DNA of 64,000 bases, from positions 32,001-96,000 of the forward strand of contig JBGSVZ010000038.1 in NCBI GenBank assembly GCA_041752695.1. The letters are read 5' to 3'. The DNA comes from Terrimicrobiaceae bacterium. Lineage in GTDB: Bacteria > Verrucomicrobiota > Verrucomicrobiia > Chthoniobacterales > Terrimicrobiaceae. The translations under genes were made by a program, and so were the position numbers. The notes below the pieces were generated by a model. It did no database searches, was not told the DNA's origin, and saw nothing but the letters and a program-made list of their open reading frames with translations. Of the stretch, positions 20,141-29,595 are shown in pieces. Within the stretch, counting starts at the first letter, position 1, and every line of letters begins with the position of its first letter.

Positions 20141-20931
20141 AGTTCCCTATTCTCCTCCTTCTGGCAACGATCTCGTTTTGCCCGGCGGAGGAGACCTGGC
20201 GCACCCGGGTGCAACCGGAGCAAGCTGGGACTTTTCCGGCGGTCCGTCCGTTTCGGGGGGAGTTTCGTTTTGGATGGTCCAACCTTCTGGAGGCCGCCCG
20301 CGCCCGGGCGAAACTCAGCTATGAAGGAAACACCGCCGTCATCGAAGTCGAAGGGGGCACGCGGGGACTGGCCCGCACGCTCTGGAGGATGGACGCTCGG
20401 CACCGGGCCGTTTCCCGCCTTCCCAACTACCTTCCGGTGACATTTTCCCAGACCGAAACCTACGCGAAAAAGAAGGTCGTGAGCGAGGCGGTGACCAAGC
20501 CGGACGGCCTGTGGTACATTCGGCGCGTCGAAACCGACCCCCAAAACAAACCCCGCTGGAAACGGGTGAAAGTCGAACCCGTGCGGGACATCGTCTCCGG
20601 CATGCTTTTCATGCGCACTCTTCCGCTCAGGGACAAGGACCGGGTCGGCCTGCTGGCTTTTCCCGGGGACTCGCCCTTTTTGTGCGAAGTCGAAGTGGAA
20701 AAACGCGAAACGCTCAAAGTTGGGGGCAAGACTTTGCGGGCAATTAAAATGAATTTTCAACTCCAGCGCGTGGATACGAAACAGGACAATGTGCTCGTTG
20801 CGCATGAAAAGTTCCGCACGGGCACAGTGTGGGTTTCGGACGATGAAAATCGCGTTCCGCTGCGCGCCGAGGTGGAAATTTTTGTCGGGTATGTCTTTGG
20901 CGAACTGACCGCGATCAGTTATCAAAACTGA
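20137..20931 (+). CDS. DUF3108-like secreted protein
   Basis: signal MKFPILLLLAT, DIVSGMLFMR, VWVSDDENRVPLR..VEIFVG. Confidence 0.75.
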   Translation: MKFPILLLLATISFCPAEETWRTRVQPEQAGTFPAVRPFRGEFRFGWSNLLEAARARAKLSYEGNTAVIEVEGGTRGLARTLWRMDARHRAVSRLPNYLPVTFSQTETYAKKKVVSEAVTKPDGLWYIRRVETDPQNKPRWKRVKVEPVRDIVSGMLFMRTLPLRDKDRVGLLAFPGDSPFLCEVEVEKRETLKVGGKTLRAIKMNFQLQRVDTKQDNVLVAHEKFRTGTVWVSDDENRVPLRAEVEIFVGYVFGELTAISYQN

Positions 20932-21006
20932 GTTCGTGGCGGGGCTTTGCATCCGGGGTGAAAATTCGCACTCGATTTGAACCGCCGCGCGTCCCATACT
21001 CTGCCC

Positions 21007-21651
21007 ATGACATTTTCCACTCGGATGACCCGGAGCCAACTTTTTGTGGTAGCTGGGCTGATTTTTGCGGTCGCGATTTTCCGGATTCTCCGTGCGACCT
21101 GGTTGCCCGAACTGCCGAATTTTTCCCCGGTAATGGCGCTGGCGTTTTGCGGAGGCCTCTTTTTGCCCGGGGTTTTCGCCTGGCTGCTGCCGATGGCGGC
21201 GATTTTGGTTTCGGATATGGGATTGGCCCTCGCCCATGGCTATCCGGTGTTTGGTTCCTGGCAGATTGTCAGCCTGCTTTGCCTGGCGGTCGCGGTGGGA
21301 GCCGGACGCTGGCTGGCCCGGCGGGAGACGTTCGGTTTGGGTGCTTTCGTGGGTCTGCTGCTCGCCAGTAGCGTGGGATTTTATCTCGTCGCCAATGCCG
21401 GAGCATGGTTGGTCGAGCCAATCTATCCCCGGACGGTTGCCGGTTTTATCCAGGCGCAAACGACCGGTCTGCCGGGCTTCCCTCCGTCGTGGATGTTTTT
21501 GCGGAATGCCTGGATTTCCGACCTGCTATTCGGAGGGATGATCCTGGGAGTCCGCTCTCTGGCGCGCCGCTCAGACGTCGAGTTCGCGCAGCCGCTCAAT
21601 GTCGAGGTGGGAAATCACCCGCGTCCGACCGCTGGCGTCCAAAAGGCGTAA
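21007..21651 (+). CDS. DUF6580-like putative transport (S-component-like) membrane protein
   Basis: PNFSPVMALAF, SD, FYLVAN, YPRT.AG; about 6 TMs. Confidence 0.7.
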   Translation: MTFSTRMTRSQLFVVAGLIFAVAIFRILRATWLPELPNFSPVMALAFCGGLFLPGVFAWLLPMAAILVSDMGLALAHGYPVFGSWQIVSLLCLAVAVGAGRWLARRETFGLGAFVGLLLASSVGFYLVANAGAWLVEPIYPRTVAGFIQAQTTGLPGFPPSWMFLRNAWISDLLFGGMILGVRSLARRSDVEFAQPLNVEVGNHPRPTAGVQKA

Positions 21652-22329
21652 ATCGCCCACCGGATCCAGTCCGGCAAAATTGCCCCGCAGCGCCTCCCGG
21701 CCGCGCAGTTCCAATTCGATGGGACGCTGGTCGGTCCAGTCGGCGTTGAGTTTTTTGATGACCGATGGGAGCCCTCCTTCCTTCATCGCCGCGTGCGCCT
21801 CGGCAAAAGCATCGAGCAGGAGGATGCACAGATCGTCGAGTTCCGGCGGGGAGGGGAGTTGGTCGGCCAGGCGGGTTGCGACCAATGAGGAATCGGTCTG
21901 CCAGGGCGCATTGGTGACATTGACGCCGATCCCAATAATAAGTCGCTCGGGATCGGGTTGTTCAATGAGGAGGCCGGCCAGCTTGCGCGGACCAACCAAA
22001 AGATCGTTCGGCCAACGCAAGCGGGCAGCCCGCACGCCAAGATCGCGGATCGCGCCCAAGGCATGCCAGCCCGCCGCCAACGAGAACCCGGTCCAGCGCG
22101 CTGGACCGCCCTCCGCGGGCAGCACGGCGGAAAGCCAGAGACCCCCGGGATCGGAAACAAATCTGCGCCCGAAACGTCCGCGTCCTCCCGTCTGACGATC
22201 CGCCCGCACCGCGTGCCAGCCGGGCAATTGACGTGCCAGATCATTCGTTGACCCCGCTGTCTCATAGACGCTGAGCCTCCAGCCCGCGTTTCCGACGCAG
22301 GCAATGTATTCACGAGGTTGATTGGTCAC
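21571..22329 (-). CDS. birA: biotin--protein ligase (no HTH domain)
   Basis: GSTND, QTGGRGRFGRRF, RWPNDL, KLAGLLIE, IGIGVNV; GTG start uncertain. Confidence 0.9.
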   Translation of the reverse strand: MTNQPREYIACVGNAGWRLSVYETAGSTNDLARQLPGWHAVRADRQTGGRGRFGRRFVSDPGGLWLSAVLPAEGGPARWTGFSLAAGWHALGAIRDLGVRAARLRWPNDLLVGPRKLAGLLIEQPDPERLIIGIGVNVTNAPWQTDSSLVATRLADQLPSPPELDDLCILLLDAFAEAHAAMKEGGLPSVIKKLNADWTDQRPIELELRGREALRGNFAGLDPVGDLRLLDASGRTRVISHLDIERLRELDV

Positions 22330-22431
22330 CTCCCGGATTTCGCCTGCGAACCCGTGGAAAGTCGCGCACAAAATTTTCTGATGAGGCAAGGCAATGAAGA
22401 CCGGCCAATTCGCTCAAGAACTCCGTCTGAG

Positions 22432-25149
22432 TTAAACAGGTTTCGCTTCACCGGAAACATCCGATGCCTTAGGGTAGCCGGCTCGTCCTGGCCGGCTGGG
22501 TTTCAGGTCCCATAGGGTAAGCCCCCGCAACTCCTTCGGCTGTCCGGGTAAAACAAAACTGGCGAGATAACCAGCGATCACGCAACTCAGGGTGATTAAT
22601 GCGCCTAGACCGGCATAATGAATGGGTACCTCGGTGGTTTGCAGAAAATAGGCCACCGCAAAGGAAACGACCACACCAAAAAAAGCTCCGGCCTGATTGG
22701 TCCGCCGCGTCAGCATTCCCAAGATAAAGACCCCACCGAATCCTCCGCCGACCAAAGCCATCAGCCGCTGGAACGTTTCCCACAAGGTCGGAAGAGGCGC
22801 GACCAATAGCCAAAGCGCGATCCCGGTTCCGACCAATCCCGTAAGCAAGGTCGTCACTTGCATGACCCTCAGAATTTCCCGTGCCGTGGCCTTGGGACGG
22901 ATCAAACGGTAAAAGTCCTCTGCCACCAGCACGGAGCAACTGTTCACGCTCGAGGAGATCGTGGACATGGAGGCCGCAAACAGGGTCGCCAACAACAAAC
23001 CCGCGAGCACCGGGGGAGCCTTGCTCACTAAAAAAATCGGAACCATCTGATCATTTTTCATCACCGGGCTCAGCAGTTCGGGATTTGTTTTGAAAAAAGC
23101 AAAGAGCAGAATACCCACCGCCCCGGAAACCAGAGCCACCAACACCGCGCAGGCACCCGTCATAAAGGCAAACTTTCGGACATCGCTTAAGGGGGTGGCC
23201 AACACCCGCTGAGCCGTGGCCTGGTCGCTGGCAAACGCCAGTAATCCGAGGAGAAAACCCAGGACAGTGAACCAAATCATGGCCAGGGTGGGATCAAACT
23301 TCGTGATGGCTAGAGTGAACTTTTCCATCTCCTGACCCATCTCCCAAACCGTTGACCAACCGCCAGGAATATTGAGCCACGCCAGACCTCCAATGCAAAG
23401 AAAGCCCGCCAGCATGAGGATTCCCTGAAACACATCGGTCCACACCACCGCCTCAAATCCTCCGGCCGCTGAGTAAAGCGTCGTCAAGATTCCCATCGCC
23501 AGGACCGAGTAGAACGGATTAATCCCCGTCATCGAGGAGATGGCCAGCGCAGGTAACATTACCACCACACCGATGCGGCCTATCACCTGAACCAGGATTC
23601 CATTAAAACTCCCAAATAACCGCAGTCCCCGCCCAAATCGCCTCTCCAGATATTCATAGACCGAAGTCAGCTCAAGCCGCCGTAGCATTGGCATGGTGAG
23701 GTAGGCGGAAATAAACACCCCGGGGATAATGAATAATGCCGGAAAAGTATGGACCAGACTGGTGCAGGCGATCAACGCGGGAATCGCCATGAAGCTAATG
23801 GTGCTTACTCCGGTCGCCGTGCTGGAAATGGCGGCGGCCCACCATTTGACTTTGCGTCCCCCCAGCGCGTAGCCCTCGGCGTCTTGTTCCCGCCGACTGA
23901 ACCAAAACCCGATGAGCGCCGTCACGCCAAAGTAGATGGCAATGACCGTCCAGTCCGGCCAGCCGAGCTGCCGGATCGCTTGCGGAAAGTGCAAGGTGAC
24001 AGCATCCTCAATGGATCCATCCGCGCCCCATCCGCCGGCCCGGAGGAGATGTTCCGGCGACATTGGAATGGCGGCGCCCCCGGCCATTGGCTCGGGCAAA
24101 ACGCCCGCCCGTACCCAGGTGTCCGTTGGCGCATGAAAACTCAACACCTGATCACTAAGTCTTTGCGGGAAACTTCCCGCCAGCCAATCTTCCAGACTCC
24201 CTCCCGCCAGATTCCCGCCAAGTATCAATAAATGTGCCTGGCCACTTTTCACCACCGCCGCTTCTGCCAGTCCCTCGGGTAGATCGGCCCGGCGTCGCCA
24301 GCCCGCTTCTTGCTGGCCATCCCGCGCCGTGCGGGCGAATGCCCAAGTGCCCCGCTGGGGAAGCAAGTGCCCGTCCCGCAGCAGATATCCACCTGTCACA
24401 ACAATCTCGTTGTAGGTTTCCATCGCCAGCGGCGCGACCAGGGGTCCACCCGGCAGGTCATCGAGCCGCCGCCATGCTGCGGGCCGACCCAATTCCAATT
24501 CGTAGACCGCTGCTGAAGCTCCGGGTTTGCCATCGGCCTTTGTGCTGACGAGCCCACCCATCACGGTGAGATAATATCGCAATCCACTGCGATGCACCGC
24601 AAGCCCGGGCGCCAAAAGGGGCTCGGGTAGGTCAGGCAGCGGCTCCTCGCTCCAGGTTCGCCCATTCCAAGCGACCTCCCGCACCTGTCGAGACAGTGTC
24701 AGCCCGCCGGGCCCCTCCTTGCCGCCCCCCACCAAGTAAAGTTTCCCGGCGTGAACGGCCGCACCAGCCCAGGCCACGGGCTCCTGCAAATTCCCGTCCC
24801 GCAACTCCCATCGTCCCCCTGAACTTTTCTCAAACAAACGCACTCGGTCTGCGAGAGGACGTTCTCCGGATGTCCTGCCGCCAATGCGGAAAAACCGATT
24901 GTCGCCTGCCGCTTCGATCTGCCGAGTAGAAAGTTCTGCCCCTTCAGGTTTCGGCTCTTCGAAAAAGACCGCTCTTTTCACATTCGCCATTCCCTGCACG
25001 CCCCTGCCTGCGCTGCCGGCAGCGGCTTCTGTCTGATTTTCGGCCATCATTACGCTCCGCCCTCCGATCAGGGCTACGAGACACAACGCAGCCCGCCCGC
25101 TTGATAGGCGTACGCGACGAAGACACTTTATGCGGCGGGGGTCTTTCAT
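22432..25149 (-). CDS. Kelch beta-propeller fused to a sodium:solute symporter (SiaT-like)
   Basis: N-terminal GG...W Kelch blades; C-terminal WWAAAIS..AT..S.ISFMAIPA, YEYLERRFG, AVVWTDVFQ, SDQ..AQR, AASMSTISS. Confidence 0.88.
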   Translation of the reverse strand: MKDPRRIKCLRRVRLSSGRAALCLVALIGGRSVMMAENQTEAAAGSAGRGVQGMANVKRAVFFEEPKPEGAELSTRQIEAAGDNRFFRIGGRTSGERPLADRVRLFEKSSGGRWELRDGNLQEPVAWAGAAVHAGKLYLVGGGKEGPGGLTLSRQVREVAWNGRTWSEEPLPDLPEPLLAPGLAVHRSGLRYYLTVMGGLVSTKADGKPGASAAVYELELGRPAAWRRLDDLPGGPLVAPLAMETYNEIVVTGGYLLRDGHLLPQRGTWAFARTARDGQQEAGWRRRADLPEGLAEAAVVKSGQAHLLILGGNLAGGSLEDWLAGSFPQRLSDQVLSFHAPTDTWVRAGVLPEPMAGGAAIPMSPEHLLRAGGWGADGSIEDAVTLHFPQAIRQLGWPDWTVIAIYFGVTALIGFWFSRREQDAEGYALGGRKVKWWAAAISSTATGVSTISFMAIPALIACTSLVHTFPALFIIPGVFISAYLTMPMLRRLELTSVYEYLERRFGRGLRLFGSFNGILVQVIGRIGVVVMLPALAISSMTGINPFYSVLAMGILTTLYSAAGGFEAVVWTDVFQGILMLAGFLCIGGLAWLNIPGGWSTVWEMGQEMEKFTLAITKFDPTLAMIWFTVLGFLLGLLAFASDQATAQRVLATPLSDVRKFAFMTGACAVLVALVSGAVGILLFAFFKTNPELLSPVMKNDQMVPIFLVSKAPPVLAGLLLATLFAASMSTISSSVNSCSVLVAEDFYRLIRPKATAREILRVMQVTTLLTGLVGTGIALWLLVAPLPTLWETFQRLMALVGGGFGGVFILGMLTRRTNQAGAFFGVVVSFAVAYFLQTTEVPIHYAGLGALITLSCVIAGYLASFVLPGQPKELRGLTLWDLKPSRPGRAGYPKASDVSGEAKPV

Positions 25150-25400
25150 TGGGGGTGGCAGTGAAACTATGCGATTCCTAGCGGGTAGCAATAGGAAACA
25201 AAAAAGCGCAAAACGATACAAGAACGCGCTTTTTGTTGCTGCGGGTAGGACGGAGAACGGAGAAAAAAGGGCGGAAAAACAGTGCAGGGCAAGAGAAGGG
25301 GAGATGATCACGCCGTTGGGCTGTTCCCGATCTTCACCCGCCGTATTCTGCATCCTTTTTTTGAAGTTGCTTTGCTTTGGCAGACGGCAAAACTCCCGCG

Positions 25401-26360
25401 ATGCTCGAATACCTCAAGGTGATGCGGCCGGACCACTGGCTGAAGAATATTTTTATCGTCTTCGGCCACCTGGTGGCGCTGGCGCTCCTGGCCTATCCGA
25501 TTTACGGCGACCCCGTTTTGGCCGTGAATTGGCACACTCTTGTGATGGCGGTTCTCTCGTTGATCCCGGCCTGCTTCATCGCCTCGGCCAATTACATCAT
25601 CAACGAGATCCTGGACGCCCCGTTCGATCGGATGCATCCGACGAAAAAAGATCGTCCGGTGCCGTCGGGCAAGGTGAGCATTCCGATCCTCTGGGGACTG
25701 ATGGTTCTTCTTTGTGTTCTGGGTTTTGGGATGTCGTTGGCGATTTTCAATCTGGGATACACCATCGCGCTGGCGCTCCTGCTGCTCAGCGGGTTTGTTT
25801 ATAATGTTGAACCCATCCGCCTCAAGGATCGGGCTTTTCTCGACGTGATCGCGGAATCGTTCAACAACCCGATCCGGCTCTGGCTGGGGTGGTATGCGCT
25901 GGCTCCCGCGACATCCTTTCCTCCGCTTTCCATCGTGATGGCGTGGTGGTTTTTTGGCGCCCTCCTCATGGCGGGTAAACGGTACGCGGAATTCCGCTTC
26001 ATTGGCGACTCCGAGCGCAGCGGGCAGTACCGCCGCTCGTTTAAGGTCTACACGGAAAAATCCCTCATCCTCTCGATGGTCACCCATGCGAATTTCTTCT
26101 GCTTCTGCATGGGCATTGCCATCGCGGTGTATCGGCCGAATCTCGTTTTTGTCTTTCCGCTCGTTGTCATTGCCATCGGGGTCTACCTGAACCTCGCGAT
26201 GAGCGAGGCTGAAGCGCGACTCGAGCCTGAACACCTGCTGCGTAGTCCGCTGGTCATCGCCTGCACGGTGGCGGTGGTTGGCCTCTCGGGAGTGCTGGCC
26301 TGGACGAAGACGGACCTGACAAAATCGGTCCATTTTTTTGAATTGATCAGTGGAAAATAA
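25401..26360 (+). CDS. UbiA-family prenyltransferase, decaprenyl-phosphate phosphoribosyltransferase-like
   Basis: MRPDHWLKN, YIINEILD..FDRMHPTKKDRP.PSG, KRYAE. Confidence 0.88.
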   Translation: MLEYLKVMRPDHWLKNIFIVFGHLVALALLAYPIYGDPVLAVNWHTLVMAVLSLIPACFIASANYIINEILDAPFDRMHPTKKDRPVPSGKVSIPILWGLMVLLCVLGFGMSLAIFNLGYTIALALLLLSGFVYNVEPIRLKDRAFLDVIAESFNNPIRLWLGWYALAPATSFPPLSIVMAWWFFGALLMAGKRYAEFRFIGDSERSGQYRRSFKVYTEKSLILSMVTHANFFCFCMGIAIAVYRPNLVFVFPLVVIAIGVYLNLAMSEAEARLEPEHLLRSPLVIACTVAVVGLSGVLAWTKTDLTKSVHFFELISGK

Positions 26361-27285
26361 GCCCACGGTTCGAGGGCTGCAGGCCGTCATTCGCCGGATG
26401 GCGTTTTTGGTGCCAGGGCTGACGACGGTGAGGGCGGTGGGGTTTGATGAGGCGGTGCTGCGGGAAGCGTTGGCGAAGGAATGTCTCCAACTCGCGGGTC
26501 CGGGGGCGGATGCGGAGATTGTGTGGAAACCCGGGCAACGCAGCGAGTCGCTTTCGAATGCCCGCGCCGTGGCCGTGATCGCCGATTCTGTGGCCGCCCG
26601 ACCGCTGCCTCATCCTGCGTCGGAACGTCCTGCGCAAACCTACATTCCGCTTCGCGATTGGGTGGGGGGATGGTTCACGGCGGGGTCTTTTGCCGCCAAA
26701 ACTCTTGGCCCCTTGCTGGTTTCGCCGGCGGTGGGCGACCGGCCGACGCGCGTGGCCGTGGCGGGCAGCCGCGAGTGGATCTTCACACGAGATCCGGTGG
26801 CGCTCCCGACAAAGGAACGCTGGGCGGTGGTAAAAATGGCCCTCGTCTCCGGGTTCGGGTGTGGGTTTTTCCCCCTGATGCCCGCCACCCTGGCTTGTGC
26901 GGTGATGGTGCCCGTGGCGCTGGCTGTTTATCTGCTGGCGGGCTGGGCGGTGTTTTTCGCGGTTGCCGCCGCCACTTTCGGCCTCTCGACGGCGGCAAGC
27001 ATCGCTTTGGAAAAATGGGCCGGCCGCCAGTTGCTCGCGGAGGATCCCCGTGAGTTCGTGCTCGATGAGTTCGCCGGCATGGCCGTCACGTGGATGTTCC
27101 TGCCGCCTGGCGCGCCGTGGTGGGCGATTGTCATCGGGTTTTTCCTCTTTCGGGTTTTCGACATTTTCAAATGGGGCGTTGACTGGGTGGAAAAGCTGCC
27201 CATCTCCGGCAAGATTGTCTGGGACGACGTGCTGGCAGGACTTTACGCCGGAGTCGTGCTCTGGGGTATCTGCCGGTTTCTTTAG
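26350..27285 (+). CDS. PgpA-family phosphatase with unknown N-terminal domain
   Basis: C-terminal SGFGCGFFP..PAT, DPREFVLDEFAG, FRVFDIFK, WDDVLAG; GTG start overlaps upstream stop. Confidence 0.85.
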   Translation: MENKPTVRGLQAVIRRMAFLVPGLTTVRAVGFDEAVLREALAKECLQLAGPGADAEIVWKPGQRSESLSNARAVAVIADSVAARPLPHPASERPAQTYIPLRDWVGGWFTAGSFAAKTLGPLLVSPAVGDRPTRVAVAGSREWIFTRDPVALPTKERWAVVKMALVSGFGCGFFPLMPATLACAVMVPVALAVYLLAGWAVFFAVAAATFGLSTAASIALEKWAGRQLLAEDPREFVLDEFAGMAVTWMFLPPGAPWWAIVIGFFLFRVFDIFKWGVDWVEKLPISGKIVWDDVLAGLYAGVVLWGICRFL

Positions 27286-27388
27286 GCGGGATTCCGGCTC
27301 TTTGCTTTACAAACCGACTCTTGGTTGTTAGCCCGGATTCCTGTCCTGTTTCTTTTTAGGGGCAGGCCAATCACTACCAAAAAGAACC

Positions 27389-28348
27389 ATGATTATCGTC
27401 ACTGCCTCGTCTTCGGAGTTTTTTCATTTCCTCCAGGGGATGATCCTCTCGATTCGCGAGAAACCCGAGGTTCGCACCGTGGAATTGGGGTGTTACGATC
27501 TCGGGCTCACGGAGACCCAGCGTGCCTGGCTCGGGCATCAGGGGGTGACCCTGGCCACGCCGGATTGGGAGTTCGGTCTGGATGGCAACTCCGGCATTCC
27601 TGAGCCGTTTCGGGCGATTCTCGCGCGGCCGCTCATGCCGAAGTATTTTCCCGGTCACGACATCTACATGCACATGGACGCCGACGCGTGGGTGCAGGAC
27701 TGGGGCGCGGTCGAGTTGTATCGGAAGGGGGCGAGTTATGGAATCATGGCGGTGACGCCGGAGATCGACCGTTCGTTCATTTCCAACTACGGCACGAGCC
27801 GATCGTATCACGCGTTTATCATCAAGGTTTACACCGACCTGTGCGGGCCTGAGGCGGCGGCGAAATACCAGGAATATCCGATCCTGAACACCGGCGTGTT
27901 TGCTATCCCGGCGGGTTCCCCAATTTGGGCTCGTTGGAGCGCGCGGATCGCGGAGAGCCTTTCGCATGGGCGAAATTTTCACGTCGAACAGGCGTCGCTG
28001 AATTACGAACTTTTCGAAAATTTTGACGCCTATGTCGCCGACGGTCTGCAGTTTCTTCCCTCGCGCTGCAACTGGGTCTGCCACCAGGCGCTGCCCAAAC
28101 TCGATTCGTCCACCGGACTGCTGGTGGAGCCCTTTCTGCCGAACGCGCCGCTGGGGATCTTGCACCGGGCGAGTGATGACTTTAAGCAGAAAAAAACCGG
28201 TCGGGTCGCAACGCTCGACGGGCGGTTTGTGGAGATGAATTTGAAATATCGGGAGGGCAATTACGAAACAGACCTCGATACTCATGAGCCGGACAAGTTG
28301 AACCGCTGGCAGGACGCCGGCTTCGAGTGGACGGAGCAGAAACTCTGA
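27389..28348 (+). CDS. GT-A fold glycosyltransferase (GT8-like)
   Basis: IVTAS, DLGL, MDADAW (DxD), NTGVF, EQASLN, LP..CNW. Confidence 0.75.
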   Translation: MIIVTASSSEFFHFLQGMILSIREKPEVRTVELGCYDLGLTETQRAWLGHQGVTLATPDWEFGLDGNSGIPEPFRAILARPLMPKYFPGHDIYMHMDADAWVQDWGAVELYRKGASYGIMAVTPEIDRSFISNYGTSRSYHAFIIKVYTDLCGPEAAAKYQEYPILNTGVFAIPAGSPIWARWSARIAESLSHGRNFHVEQASLNYELFENFDAYVADGLQFLPSRCNWVCHQALPKLDSSTGLLVEPFLPNAPLGILHRASDDFKQKKTGRVATLDGRFVEMNLKYREGNYETDLDTHEPDKLNRWQDAGFEWTEQKL

Positions 28349-28359
28349 GGCATCCGGGA

Positions 28360-29595
28360 ATGGACGTTGCCGCCACTCCCTTTTCCAGCCGTTCTGCGGC
28401 GGGTTGGATGGTTCTCTTTCCCCTGTCCCTGTTCATCTTTATTGACGCCATGGGCTTTGCCATGGTGGCGCCTATTCTTGCGGCGCACCCGGTGTCTTCC
28501 TCGCCAGCCCTTCAGGCCATTGTCTACGGCGTGGCGATGGGGATTTTTCCCCTGGCCACCTTTTTTGCCGCCCCCGTGCTTGGTTCCCTTTCCGACCGGA
28601 TCGGTCGCCGCCCCATGATGATTTTCTGCGGCCTGGGCCTTTCTTCCACCTTCGTCGTCATTGCCGTCGGCCTGCTGATGAACAGCGCGACTCTGGTCAT
28701 TCTCGGGCGGCTGGTGGGTGGATTCATGGGGGCCACCCAGGCCATCGCCCTGGCGGCCATGGCGGACGCGGGTGACCCGGCGGGCAAGGACGCCCGGATC
28801 AATATCGGCTTGCTGGCATCGTCATTGGGGTTCGTCCTCGGCCCGGTGCTAGCGGGTGCCCTGGCTGGCGGGAAAATTCTCCCGCAACTTGCCGAGGCGG
28901 AACCGTTGCTGGCCGTCTTCGTTCTCACGGTGGCGACGTTGGTCTGGATCCGGTTCACCGTGCCGGCGGGAGGAGGAACGGGAGCGGCGGCGGCTGGGCT
29001 GGATTTCGCCCGCAGCCTGCGCGACCTTATGGCGACCTTCCGGTCCCCGGTGCTCAAGCGGCTGGCCCGGATTTTTTTGCTTCAGCAGATCGCCTGGGGC
29101 GCGTTCTTTTTTTTCATCGCGCCATTTCTGATTCATCGTCTGGCGTTTGACTCCGCGCGGGCGAGTTATTACGTGGCGTTGCTCGGAGTGGGATTTTGCC
29201 TGAGTTTCGCCTTTGTCATGCCGCTATTGCGGAAGCGTTTTTCCGCACGGGTTATTGGGGTCGGGGGCATGGCGGTGACCGCGGCCTGTATTGCGGTCTC
29301 GGTGCTGGCACCGTTCGCCGCGGCGCAGTGGGCGGTGGCCATTCCCGTGGCGATTGCCACGGCGGCGGGTTATGGCGCGCTGATCATGCTTTTCACCGAT
29401 GAGGCTCGCGGCAACGAGGGCGAGATTCTTGGCGTCACCGCCTCGATCAACGCGCTGGCCTTCGGCGTCACTTCGCTGGCTGGCGGGGTGATTTCCACCG
29501 CTTCGCCGGCCGGTCCGCTGGCCGCCGCCGCGGTCCTGATGGGGGTGGCCACGATCCTGCTTTTCTGCAAACCCAAATCCAAAACCACCACATGA
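28360..29595 (+). CDS. MFS exporter (TetA/DHA1-like)
   Basis: FIDAMG, motif A GSLSDRIGRRP, LGRLVGG, motif C GFVLGPVLAG. Confidence 0.9.
   Translation: MDVAATPFSSRSAAGWMVLFPLSLFIFIDAMGFAMVAPILAAHPVSSSPALQAIVYGVAMGIFPLATFFAAPVLGSLSDRIGRRPMMIFCGLGLSSTFVVIAVGLLMNSATLVILGRLVGGFMGATQAIALAAMADAGDPAGKDARINIGLLASSLGFVLGPVLAGALAGGKILPQLAEAEPLLAVFVLTVATLVWIRFTVPAGGGTGAAAAGLDFARSLRDLMATFRSPVLKRLARIFLLQQIAWGAFFFFIAPFLIHRLAFDSARASYYVALLGVGFCLSFAFVMPLLRKRFSARVIGVGGMAVTAACIAVSVLAPFAAAQWAVAIPVAIATAAGYGALIMLFTDEARGNEGEILGVTASINALAFGVTSLAGGVISTASPAGPLAAAAVLMGVATILLFCKPKSKTTT

Noticed and set aside
20932..21006. Cobalamin or other riboswitch ahead of the DUF6580-like gene
   Set aside because: The gap is only 75 bp, no conserved box was seen, and the gene appears leaderless
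22432..25353. 973-aa version of the symporter ORF
   Set aside because: The extension crosses the divergent promoter region; ATG 25149, followed by a signal-like segment, is more plausible
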